From assembly GCA_973895155.1 (NCBI GenBank), contig OZ316898.1, forward strand, positions 7,861,079 through 7,925,078: 64,000 bases of DNA. The letters run 5' to 3'. Every line of letters begins with the position of its first letter. The first letter of the stretch is position 1. Shown here piece by piece: positions 1-12,273 of the stretch. The stretch is from Marsupella aquatica. Its lineage: Eukaryota; Plantae; Marchantiophyta. The notes beneath the pieces are model-generated. The model searched no databases, was not told where the DNA came from, and saw only the letters and a list, made by a program, of their open reading frames with translations. The position numbers and the translations under genes are program-made.

Positions 1-224
1 ATAGTTGGGCATAGCCATTGTTGACCCAAAGGACAGGAAACATTCTTATGGAAATGTCGGTGGCAAGGCCCATCACAAACAATGAGATCCCCTCCCTCAT
101 CACAAATCACACATACATGTGGACTATTCTGGTTAATCTCAATGTCTGAATATAAGGACAATTGAGGTGCTTGAGAGGATTCACCTCTGCAACGATTCAT
201 GGCCTTCTGCTTATTGCGAGCCAT
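1..224 (-). CDS. PHD-finger protein, 3' end runs off the window; probably an internal ORF of the CACTA element
   Basis: Hand translation of the minus strand from ATG at 224 gives MARNKQKAMNRCRGESSQAPQLSLYSDIEINQNSPHVCVICDEGGDLIVCDGPCHRHFHKNVSCPLGQQWLCPT. This has PHD-type Cys/His spacing with W-x-C. It is absent from the ORF track because it has no stop in the window. The last expected Cys is not seen (next codon AT?), so it may be degenerate. Confidence 0.65.
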   Translation of the reverse strand, partial: MARNKQKAMNRCRGESSQAPQLSLYSDIEINQNSPHVCVICDEGGDLIVCDGPCHRHFHKNVSCPLGQQWLCPT

Positions 225-2959
225 GGTCCTGCACACTCAGACCCTACATCAGATTGTGAAACAAGAAGGAATAACAGGGTGCAGCATGACACAAAAGAAT
301 GAGGGTGCAGCATAAAATATGACATGTAACCACAAGGGTGCAGCATAAACCAATGCTTTATAGATGGCAAAGCATTTAGGACTGAGCAGCGCAAATAACC
401 TTGGCCTATGATTGGAAGCAATCACAAATATTGCAACCTGTATGCCTTCGCTTGCTGTACAGCAGTGCTCACTCACCCTGCCTTTTTAAAATCTGTAAGG
501 GCAACACAGAACAAATAGCAATTGAGTTTCAGCAAAGCATTCATTTGGCTCTCAAGTTTTAAAATGGACAAAGCAAACACAACAATGTGCACAACAAAGC
601 ACAGAGAGCAACAAAACTCCAGCAAACTGGGACTCAGGCAAGAGATACGAATTTTAGCAGTGAAATCAAATCAAGATTCGGACCTGTGAGTTCAACATGC
701 AGTGCTCACTCACCCTGCCCTTTTTTAAATCTGTAAAAATCAAGTTTTATTGTGTGCCTTCTACATCTTAAGCTACTGCACACATCTATTACAGAACCAT
801 AAGTTGCTTTACTCTCAACAAGCTGCTGGTCCACCCACTTTTTCAAAAGCTGCACCGTACTCTATCTTCGTGCACAAATGACTATACCGGGCTGCTGTCA
901 GAGACCCTTACGAAGAATTTAAAATTGACCAAGCTGAGTTTAGTTTAGTTTCGTCCAGTTTGCAGACCAAAGGAAATCATGTGGCTGTATTCATGGAGTT
1001 GTATTCATTGCTGTGTATGGATGTTGTGTGAACATCAGACAATTAGCTGTAAATTACCATAGTTGAAGAGCAAGGCTTGTACAAAAGCCACTAAGGAATT
1101 CTCTGAGGTGGCACAGCAGTTGGCAAACCACACACAAAACTCTGAAACTTTTTGGCGACAAAATTCTACAGAGTCGCTGCTGGAATCAAGTGAGGATTCA
1201 CCATACATGCCTGCACTTCTCTTCAGTAAAAAAAAGAGAAAAGAAAAGGCTATGATACAGAGGGATGTCAAAAGAAGAGTAAGGAAACCAAATTTTCATT
1301 GAGGAACATAGACAGACTAAGGAAAACATCATACAATGGAAAACTAAGGACTACATTGTAATAATAAGAGATCAAGCTCACCTTGCACCACAAAGATTGT
1401 CACGACTCACCTCGCAGTTCCTCGCAGCTTAGGTCCAGGATGACATTTCAATATGGAGGAAAGGAGTTTACTCATTTAAAACAGAGAAGGAGTGGCATCT
1501 ACAGGGACTTTGGCAGCACACTGAAAAGGTTGGCGATACATCAGGTTATCTTTCTAGGTTGACACTGCCAATAGAATTTTGAACACAACAAACACAACAA
1601 ACACTGCCAGATATAGAATTTTGAACACAAGGGTATGGCATCCTGATTTGCCTAACTCAATCAACTTAATAGCATATTTTTATGTTCAATTAGGCAGCAC
1701 TAAATAGAACAGCCTTTCACGCAGTCAGAATAATTGGCAATAATTGCCAGACGACAACAAGACAACAAACTGAACTGAACATAGCAGACAAATCCAACAA
1801 GTAGCAATCAGAAATCAACAGCAGACAGACAGAGGACAACTCGGTCAGAACTCGGGCACTTGATTTAGTTGTGGTAAATAGCCGTTCAAGTTCTGGACAA
1901 GCAAGAGCAATACGTGAGCAGACTCCAGAAAAATCATCTCTTGAGATTGAGGAGAAAGGCATTCCCCAGCCAGCTTACCTATGTCTTGAAAAATGTATCG
2001 GACATCGTGGATGCTGCCTCAGCTGCTGGCCGCAAGGGAAGATTTTGCCAAAACAAACAATAAAGCTCGAAGATAGTTAAATTTCTTAGGTCATTCTAAA
2101 TGGGGACTGAATTAGCAATTAGAACCAGTAAACCCTGATCTTGGGCAAGCAGAGAGAGAAGACTCTGCGCCTAATACTTATGTCTACCCGAATTTTACTG
2201 GGACATATGAGCATTGGGATGGCATTGCAAAGCAGAATTTTGTAGCAGTGGAAGGAATCAACATAGATAGCAGTGGAAGGCCGCAGTGGAGCTAGCATGG
2301 GACAGGGAAGGAAATGCAGGCACTTGTGATGCAAAGGCTATAGAGGGCGAGAAGGTGGACAACCAAACTCAACAAACTCAAAGAACATGTAGCAAATGGC
2401 AATAGAATTGAAGATCAGAGAACCTGAGTGGGCAAAAAATTGATATAGATTGTAATGGGCAATAAAGAAGCTCAACCGGGAGACTAGCAGTAGTGGAGAC
2501 AGTTCCGTCTTAAATGGAAAAGGAGAGATATATACAATAAAGAGAGACGTCCTTTAAAGTAGAAATTGTCTGAAAAGTAAGTGCAGATAAGTGCATGCAA
2601 CAGGAGCGGTCACATACAAATTGAGCAATCCTCTCAAGGCTACAGAGGGCGAGAAGGTGGACAACCAAACTCAGCAAACTCAAAGAACAAGTAGTAAATG
2701 GCAATAGAATAGAAGATCAGAGAACATGTAGCGAATGGAGAGGGATAGATAGAGAAAAAACATAAGCAGAGAGCTCTGACACACAGCAACACAGGTCCCA
2801 ACACAACACATTGCAGGTCCCAGGCTGGGGTGGAGCCGGAAGTGGAGAGCACAGAGCAACCAGGCAAATCACAGCATGGGCGCCAATGGGAATAAGGTCA
2901 ATACCTTTGAGGCGGAAGCTAGCAGGCCTCAACTTGCAGGTAGCAGCTTGTGCTCTGCT

Positions 2960-3550
2960 GCCTTCCGCAAGTAGCTTGCACTCTCAGCTTCCACAATGAG
3001 TCGCCCTCTCCCCTTTCGCAAGCAGCTGCTCGACCTCTCCCCTTCCGCAAGCAGCTTGCCTTCTCCCCGTCCGCAATCAGGTCACCTCTCCCCTTCCGCA
3101 AGCAGCTCGCACCCACTTAAAGAAACAAATGTTGAGACCAAACAAACAACCGGCTCCCTTCCGCAAACTCCACAACCTCTTCAAGAAGCTATCGTCGACC
3201 TTCCACAGCAAGAATCATTTCCTCCCTGCTTTCACTGCCTCCACGAGCTTCCATAGCAATCGCCTTCCATGATGATCGGGGCCCCAGTGCGCAAATGCCT
3301 TCCGCATCCACCTTGCGCAGCTTGTTGCCGATCGTAGCTCCTCACCCACAGCTCGTGACCCGCAGCTTGTCGCTCGACTGTTTCTGATTGTGTCCGGCTC
3401 TTCCTTATGCAGCTCTTCCCTTCCGCACCTCCAACCTCACGCAACTCCTCCCCTCCCGCAACTCCAACCTGTGCTCCTGGGGCAACTCCAACCTGTGCGC
3501 GGAAGAGTGTTGCAGCTCCTCCCCTCCCGCAACTCCACCCTGTGCTAGTC
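2960..3550. repeat. Degenerate short repeats (CCTTCCGCAAGCAGCT / CCGCAACTCC motifs)
   Basis: Many imperfect copies of ccttccgca(a)gcagct and cccgcaactcc; low complexity; inside the CACTA interval. Confidence 0.6.
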
Positions 3551-4199
3551 TAGCAAATGTGCTCGGAAGAGTGTCGAAGCTTGGTGGAGGCAATGCACAA
3601 CGCTGCGCAACCCTAAGCCCTTGCAATGTGCACACAAGGCATGCCAAGAAAAGAGCACATCGAGCATTGCCCTCTCCGTCGATGTTTTTTCAGGAAAAAG
3701 GGCTCCTGTTGGTACGCGAGAACACTTGAGGAGGAAAAACCTAAAGCTGGATGCCTAAACCCCGTAAAAGTAAGGTATTTCTCCAGATGGGGATGGTGGA
3801 TATTGTACGTGGGTCATGAATTAGGTTCTATTCTGACAATCTCTCATATGTCTGGACCCCCCATAAGGCCCTAGGGAAGTTGAGACTAGGTTAATAACAA
3901 TGTAAACCACCCCCCCCCCTCGCCCCCATAAGGCCCTAGGGAAATACCGACTATATAGGGTAATAACAAGGTCCGGACGCCCCCATAAGGTCCTAAGTAG
4001 GGAAGGCAAGGTTAATAACTTATAATGTCGCAACCCCCCCATAAGGTCATGGCTGTTTGTGTAGGTGCCAACAAGAATGTTAAGGACCAATGTTATATAT
4101 AAAAAATCATGCCCGCGATATAAAAGGTCCTTTTGGACCAAGGGAAGACTACATATGAGGCTATGTTGTCTAAGAGTTTTTGAGAGCATTACACCAAAG

Positions 4200-7100
4200 C
4201 ATTAACAAGTGAGCCTTCCCATGACTATATGACCTCCAATATGCCAACATTAATGGCTTCCAATATGACAGCGTGAGTGACCCCACGTTTAGTCCTCAGA
4301 TTGAAGCACCATTTAATTCACAAATGATCCAATGAACTCCCTTGTACCTCCAAAGAGAACCCCCCAATAGCCTTTGAAAAGACCACATTTCCAGTCATTT
4401 GGTACTTCTGACCTCTAGTATGACAACCAAGATTACCCTAATTTGAGGTGTTTTCATTAATGACACACCATGAGGGACCTCTCTAATGACCACATATGCA
4501 GTCAATTGCTCCAAATGACCTCCAACTGACTACCAAAATGACCCTTATTGTAGTCATTAACATTAATGACACACAGTATGTGAAAATGACCCAATGAAGA
4601 GTATACTACCTCTCGGAGTGCCCCTTTACAATTCCTTTGGAATTTAATAGAATATATCCAAAATCCAAATATCGGCACAAACATGACATAGTTATATAGA
4701 AGGACATAGTCTTCCACTAGTATTGCACTATATACCTCTTGGAGAGACAAAAACAATTTTTGTATGCATGCCTTAGGATGGTATGCATGCATGGTGACAC
4801 TTTTGGCAAATCACTCCAAAGTTGTATGACTTGGGAGTGATTTCCCCAAGGTTGCATCATCCCTTAAGTAATTGCAAAAACATGGCTCCAAAGTGCTCAT
4901 GGTGCAACTAGTGGTTGGAGAATAGTGGGTATAGTACCCCGCACCTTGTGGAGAGGTTGCCACCTTCATGTAGAGCCCCATGGCACACTAGGGCCACCTT
5001 AAGCTCCTAGACCCAAAAGGGTCATTTCTGATGGTCCGTAATGACACCATGAGGGACCTCTATAATGACCCCATATGGAGTCATTTGGCACAAATGACTT
5101 CCAAAAGGACTGCCAAAATAACCCTTACTGCAGTCTTTGGCATTAATGACACACTATTCCTCCAAAATGACCCAATGAAGATTACAACACCTACTCACAA
5201 TGCCCCGACACTATTCATATGCAAAATGGAGTATTCCCCATCCAAACACCGGCACAAACATGACACAATTACATCACAAGATGACAACCTTCCATTGGTG
5301 TTGCGCTACTTCTTGGAGAGACAAAAAATGGCTCTATTTGCGCTTGGATACGGTGGTATGCATCCATGGTGACACTTTTGGCAAATCACTCCAAAGTTGT
5401 ATGACTTGGGAGTGATTTCCCCAAGGTGCATCATGCCTTAAGTAAATGCAAAAACATGTGTCCAAAGTGTTCATGGCACAACTACTGGTTGGACGATGAT
5501 GAGTATAGTGTCCCGCACCTAGTGGAGGGGGTTCTCACCTCTATGTGGGGCCCCATGGCACTCTAGGGCCCACCTCCAGCCCCCAGCCCCAAACTGGTCA
5601 TTTGTGCTTCTGCTTAATGATTGCACAAGGGACCCCTCAAATGACCACAAATCCAGTCATTTGACTTATGTGACAGCCCATATGACAGATTTAATGACCC
5701 TACTTGTAGTCATTGGTATTTATGACACCAATTTTTTCAGAAATGACTCAATGAAGATTACACTACCTTCTTGAGTGCCCCATCACTATTCATTTTATAG
5801 AATATTCCCCATCCAAACACCAGCACAAACATGACACAATTACATGGAAGGACAACAGCCTTGCACTACTTCTTGCAGAGACAAAAAAAATGGCTTCATT
5901 TCCTTTAGATAGGATGGTATGCATCAATGGTGACACTTTTGGCAAATCACTCCAAAGTCGTACGACTTGGGAGTGATTTCCCCAAGATTATATCATCCCT
6001 TAAGTAAACACAAAAACATGGCTCCAAACTGCTAATGGTGCAACTAGTGGTTGGAGAATAGTAATTATAGTATTTGACACCTAGTGAAGGGGTTGCGAGC
6101 TCTATGTGGTGCCACATGGCACTCTAGGGCCCACCTCCAGCCCTTAGCTCCAAATTGGTCATTCATGCTTGTCTTCAATGACTGCACTAGAGACCCCTCA
6201 AATGACAACAAGTCCAGTCATTTGAATTATATGACATCCCATATGACCAATTCAATGACCCTACTTGTGGTCATTGGCACTTATGACATGACTTTGTTAA
6301 AAAATGACCCAAAGAAGGTCCTAGTACCGCCAGAGAGAGCCCGCTCTACATTCCTTGCAAAAATGGAATAATCGTATACCTTTAAACATCAGACACATCA
6401 TAGAGGGAAGCACCACTGCCACACCCATTCCATTGGTGTTGCGCTACCTCTTGGAGAGACAAAAAACGGCTTCATTTGCGTTTGGAACAGTGGTATGCAT
6501 CCATGGTGACACTTTTGGCAAATCACTCCAAAGTCATACGACTTGGGAGTGATTTCCCCAAAGGTGCATCATGCCTTAAGTAAACGCAAAAACATGTGTC
6601 CAAGGTGTTTATGTCGCAACTAGTGGTTGGACAATGATGAGTATAGTGTCCCGCACGTAGTGGAGGGGTTCTCACCTCTATGTGGGGCCACATGGCACTC
6701 TAGGGCCCACCTCCAGCCCCTAGCCCCAAACTGGTCATTTGTGCTTTTCCTTAATGACTGCATAAGGGACCCCTCAAATGACCACAAATCCAGTCATTAG
6801 ACTGATATGACTCTCCATATGACAGTTTTAATGACCTTGCTTTTAGTCATTGATATTTATGACGGTCCATTGCTCACATATGACCCAATAAAGGCCCTAG
6901 TACCTCCAAAGAGAGCCCGCTTTAGATTCCTTGCAAGGTTGGAATATTCCTCTTCCCTAAACCCACACCCACACCATACAGGGAAGCACGACTCCCCTGC
7001 CCATTCCATTGGTGCAACACCACCTCTTGGAGAACCCAAAAACAACTTTTATTTGCCTTTGTATGTGATGGTGTGCATGCATGGCAACACTTTTGGCAAA

Positions 7101-10100
7101 TCACTCCAAAGTCGTACGACTTGGGAGTGATTTCCCCAAAGGTGCATCATGCCTTAAGGAAACACAAAAACATGTGTCCAAAGTGTTTATGTCGCAACTA
7201 GTGGTTGGACAATGATGAGTATAGTGTCCCGCACCTCGTGGAGGGGTTCTCACCTCTATGTGGGGCCCCATGGCACTCTAGGGCGCACCTCCAGCCCCTA
7301 GCCCCAAAATGGTCATTTGTGCTTTTCCTTAATGACTGCATGAGGGACCCCTCAAATGACAATAATTCAGGTCATTCCGCTTATATGACATCCAATGTGA
7401 CCATTTTAATGACCTTTCTTGTAGTAATTGGCATTTATGACGGGCCATTGCTCACATATGACCCAATAAAGGCCCTAGTACCTCCAAAGAGAGCCAGCTT
7501 TAGATTCCTTGCAAGGTTGGAATATTCCCAAACCCTAATCCCGCAGCCACACCATGCTAAGAAGCACGACTTCCCTGCCCATTCCATTCGTGCAGCACTA
7601 CCTCTTGGAGAACCAAAAAACAGGTTTTATTTGCCTTTGGATGTGATGGTATACATCCATGGTTGCACTTTTGGCAAATCACTCCAAAGTCGTACGACTT
7701 GGGAGTGATTTCCCCAAAGGTGCATCATGCCTTAAGGAAACACAAAAACATGTGTCCAAAGTGTTTATGTCGCAACTAGTGGTTGGACAATGATGAGTAT
7801 AGTGTCCCGCACCTCGTGGAGGGGTTCTCACCTCTATGTGGGGCCCCATGGCACTCTAGGGCGCACCTCCAGCCCCTAGCCCCAAAATGGTCATTTGTGC
7901 TTTTCCTTAATGACTGCATGAGGGACCCCTCAAATGACAATAATTCAGGTCATTCCGCTTATATGACATCCAATGTGACCATTTTAATGACCTTTCTTGT
8001 AGTAATTGGCATTTATGACGGGCCATTGCTCACATATGACCCAATAAAGGCCCTAGTACCTCCAAAGAGAGCCAGCTTTAGATTCCTTGCAAGGTTGGAA
8101 TATTCCCAAACCCTAATCCCGCAGCCACACCATGCTAAGAAGCACGACTCCCCTGCCCATTCCATTCGTGCAGCACTACCTCTTGGAGAGCCAAAAAACA
8201 GGTTTTATTTGCCTTTGGATGTGATGGTATACATCCATGGTTGCACTTTTGGCAAATCACTCCAAAGTCGTACAACTTGGGAGTGATTTCCCCAAAGGTG
8301 CATCATGCCTTAAGGAAACACAAAAACATGTGTCCAAAGTGTTTATGTCGCAACTAGTGGTTGGACAATGATGAGTATAGTGTCCCGCACCTCGTGGAGG
8401 GGTTCTCACCTCTATGTGGGGCCCCATGGCACTCTAGGGCGCACCTCCAGCCCCTAGCCCCAAAATGGTCATTTGTGCTTTTCCTTAATGACTGCATGAG
8501 GGACCCCTCAAATGACAATAATTCAGGTCATTCCGCTTATATGACATCCAATGTGACCATTTTAATGACCTTTCTTGTAGTAATTGGCATTTATGACGGG
8601 CCATTGCTCACATATGACCCAATAAAGGCCCTAGTACCTCCAAAGAGAGCCAGCTTTAGATTCCTTGCAAGGTTGGAATATTCCCAAACCCTAATCCCGC
8701 AGCCACACCATGCTAAGAAGCACGACTCCCCTGCCCATTCCATTCGTGCAGCACTACCTCTTGGAGAGCCAAAAAACAGGTTTTATTTGCCTTTGGATGT
8801 GATGGTATACATCCATGGTTGCACTTTTGGCAAATCACTCCAAAGTCGTACAACTTGGGAGTGATTTCCCCAAAGGTGCATCATGCCTTAAGGAAACACA
8901 AAAACATGTGTCCAAAGTGTTTATGTCGCAACTAGTGGTTGGACAATGATGAGTATAGTGTCCCGCACCTCGTGGAGGGGTTCTCACCTCTATGTGGGGC
9001 CCCATGGCACTCTAGGGCGCACCTCCAGCCCCTAGCCCCAAAATGGTCATTTGTGCTTTTCCTTAATGACTGCATGAGGGACCCCTCAAATGACAATAAT
9101 TCAGGTCATTCCGCTTATATGACATCCAATGTGACCATTTTAATGACCTTTCTTGTAGTAATTGGCATTTATGACGGGCCATTGCTCACATATGACCCAA
9201 TAAAGGCCCTAGTACCTCCAAAGAGAGCCAGCTTTAGATTCCTTGCAAGGTTGGAATATTCCCAAACCCTAATCCCGCAGCCACACCATGCTAAGAAGCA
9301 CGACTCCCCTGCCCATTCCATTCGTGCAGCACTACCTCTTGGAGAACCAAAAAACAGGTTTTATTTGCCTTTGGATGTGATGGTATACATCCATGGTTGC
9401 ACTTTTGGCAAATCACTCCAAAGTCGTACGACTTGGGAGTGATTTCCCCAAAGGTGCATCATGCCTTAAGGAAACACAAAAACATGTGCCCAAAGTGTTT
9501 ATGTCGCAACTAGTGGTTGGACAATGATGAGTATAGTGTCCCGCACCTAGTGGAGGGGTTCTCACCTCTATGTGGGGCCCATGGCACTCTAGGGCCCACC
9601 TCAAGCCCCTAGCCCCAAAATGGTCATTTGTGCTTTTCCTTAATGACTACATAAGGGACCCCTCAAATGACCACAAATCCAGTCATTAGACTGATATGAC
9701 TCTCCATATGACAATTTTAATGACCCTACTTTTAGTCATTGGCATTTATGACGGGCCATTGCTCACATATGACCCAATAAAGGCCCTAGTACCTCCAAAG
9801 AGAGCTAGCTTTAGATTCCTTGCAAGGTTGGAATATTCCTCTTCCCTAAACCTGCACCCACACCATACTGAGAAGCATGACTCCCCTGCCCATTCCATTG
9901 GGGCAGCACTACCTCTTGGAGAACCAAAAAACAACTTTTATTTGCCTTTGGATGTGATGGTATGCATGCATTTATTTGCAAATTAAAATATTCCCCGTCC
10001 AAACACCGGCACAAACATGACACAATTACAACAAAGCATGACAACCTTCCATTGGTATTGCCCTACTTCTTGGAGAGACAAAAAGGTTTCATTTGCCCCA

Positions 10101-10170
10101 TGGATACGATAGTATGCGCGCATCCATATATGATGACACTTCTGGAAAATCACTCCAAAGGTGTATGACT
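4200..10170. repeat. 578-bp tandem repeat array (about 10 units) inside the CACTA element
   Basis: The anchor acttttggcaaatcactccaaag recurs at about 4799, 5375, 5936, 6511, 7089, 7667, 8245, 8823, 9401 and (degenerate) 10138. Near-identical 167-aa ORF calls start at 7205/7783/8361/8939, an exact 578-bp spacing. Outer units are more diverged. Confidence 0.97.
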
Positions 10171-10249
10171 CTACAATTATGATAGGTGTCTGGAATGACT
10201 ATTGAGTATTTTAATCTTCATATCTCTTGGGTTCTTTAATGACTCTATA

Positions 10250-10760
10250 AGTAGTCATTTATGTAATAAGTCCATAATGACTGTATGTTATTGTAAACAT
10301 TGATATATCCTGATTTTTAGATTGCCCTATATTTAGTCATTTATGCGACAAGTCCATAATGACAGTATGTTGTTGAAAACACCGATATATCCTAATTTCA
10401 AGATTGACTGTGGAGTTAGTCATTTATGAGAGAAGTCCATAATGACGGTATGTTCTTGTAAACACTGATATGTCCTAATTTCAAGATTGACCCTAGAGTT
10501 AGTCATTTATGGCAGAAGTCCATAATGACAATATGTTGTTGTAAACACTGATATATTCTCATTTTCAGATTGACCCTAAATTTTGTCATTTATGAGAGAA
10601 GTCCATAATGACGGTATGTTCTTGTAAACACTAATATGTCCTAATTTCAAGATTGACCCTAGAGTTAGTCATTTATGGCAGAAGTCCATAATGACAATAT
10701 GTTGTTGTAAACACTGATATATTCTCATTTTCAGATTGACCCTAAATTTTGTCATTTAAC
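10250..10760. repeat. ~83-bp tandem subterminal repeat (6-7 units, partly a 166-bp dimer)
   Basis: (a/t)gtcattta recurs at about 10254, 10335, 10418, 10501, 10584, 10667 and 10750. Units alternate gagagaagtcc and ggcagaagtcc variants. Confidence 0.9.
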
Positions 10761-11146
10761 ACCGTTGGTTAAAATGACGATAATACATTTTTTGTCATTT
10801 ATCACCGTTGTCCAAAATGATGCAAATAGATTTTTGGTCATTTCAGTCATTGTCCAGAGTGACTATAATGTTGCTAAACACTGATTTATCATTGTTGTTA
10901 TTAATTGTGTCATTTAAGACATGTGTCTAAATTGACCATTTAGGGAAATTGGGTCATTTTGGTCGCATCAGTCATTATAGACATTATACAAAATGACGAA
11001 AAAATTAACATTTTGTCATTTCAGTCTATTGGTCATTGTGGACAGTCATTCCCCCGTCATTCTTTTTGTGTCATTAAAACTTTTGGTCATTTATTCATCT
11101 CTGTCATTGGGTGATTGGTCATAAAGGGCCCTGTTTTCTTCTAGTG

Positions 11147-12228
11147 TTCAGGCACGAATTCCTGTGCGTCGTTATTTGTATGTGGAGACAGATGAGACAA
11201 CACGGAGGGTCTCATTGCGACATGTGGCTATGTTGGTGGATAGATATCCACAGTTGCTGCCAGTGGATACTGTTCGTGGTTATCAACATGCACTACCTGC
11301 TGATATTTCATTGTTGGGGGCGGATCATCTACATCGTGTTGGCCCCATTGATTTGGTGATTGCTGGTTGGCCATGTCAGGGCCAATCTAGAGCTGGCATT
11401 GGGCATGGACTTCATGATCCACGCTCTACATTGTTTTGGGAGATGTTACGGGTGCTGCGTCATCTCCAGCTACATCAGACACAGTCTCCAGCATACATTT
11501 TGGAGAATGTGTCATTGTTAGGTGATGATCGTAGTCGGATTGTTGCTAGTGTTCACCAGGTGAGGTCTTGGATTGGACCTGCTGTGTTATTGGATGCTGC
11601 ACGTGTGGGTTCTCGTGCACATCGTCCACGCTTGTGGTGGACTAATTTGATCCCATGTGAGGTGCTGAAGCGCGCATTTGACAGCATTCCACGCTCACCA
11701 GCCTTAGTGGTGGATGATATTTTGGATCCAGGGCGTCGTGCACAGGGTGTGACCCAACCTGATAGACCTCCATTGGCAATGGTCAATGCAGTTGGGTGCC
11801 CACGTTGTGCATTACCCACTCTTGTAAGCCACTCTGCTTCATATGCATTCAGAGCAGGTGGCCCTGGACTTGTATGGGACACAGCTCTCCAGCAGTTAGT
11901 GGAGCCTACTGCTGATGAGAGAGAGCGTGCTATGGGATTTTTGACTGGCACCACTGCAGTTGCCTCTGTGTCAGAGGGTTTGCGGCGCCAGGTTCTTGGT
12001 CAAGCAATGGATTCGAATTGTTTGACTTGGATTATCAGCTTGGGAGTAGCTGAACAGTTGCGGATGCGCTCTGCCGGAATTACTGATTGTCCCTTGGTGA
12101 GCTTGTGGTCCACTGAGACAGTATTGACCACAGCTGGGGGCGAGCAGACAGTCCATGGACCTATGACAGGATTGGCAACTGGACAGATTGTTGAGCAGGA
12201 AAGGACTGCTCAATCTACTGCTAAATAG
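11147..12228 (+). pseudogene. C5 DNA (cytosine-5) methyltransferase domain of the Gypsy polyprotein, N-terminally truncated
   Basis: Motif II-like RRYLYVETD, motif IV IDLVIAGWPCQG (catalytic PC), motif V DPRSTLF, motif VI YILENV, motif VIII AHRPRLWWTN, motif IX EPTADERERAMGF, motif X RRQVLGQAM. Motif I (FxGxG) is missing because the CACTA terminus lies at 11146. Same frame as the downstream RT. Confidence 0.88.
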
Positions 12229-12273
12229 CAATCATCGGCTATCTCTTCTACCCTACAAAGAGATATTAGGGAT

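Larger units (their letters stand above)
1..11146 (-). mobile_element. CACTA (En/Spm) DNA transposon; one terminus visible, other end outside the window
   Basis: Reverse complement of 11126-11146 is CACTAGAAGAAAACAGGGCCC, a canonical CACTA terminus. About 900 bp of dense GTCATT/AATGAC subterminal motifs in both orientations and large internal tandem arrays precede it. A methyltransferase reading frame resumes abruptly at 11147. No transposase is visible in the window, and the left extent is inferred. Confidence 0.75.

Noticed and set aside
7205-9442. Four near-identical 167-aa ORFs suggesting a tandem gene cluster
   Set aside because: They are a by-product of the 578-bp repeat, start at TTG, have no recognisable domain and are broken in the diverged units.
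4795-10170. Regularly spaced palindromes resembling a CRISPR array
   Set aside because: The intervening sequences are ~530 bp and homologous to each other, no cas genes are present, and the context is eukaryotic.
11164-12228. Stand-alone host or bacterial DNA methyltransferase gene
   Set aside because: It has no own start (GTG right after a CACTA end), no introns, no restriction-enzyme partner, and is in frame with retroelement RT.
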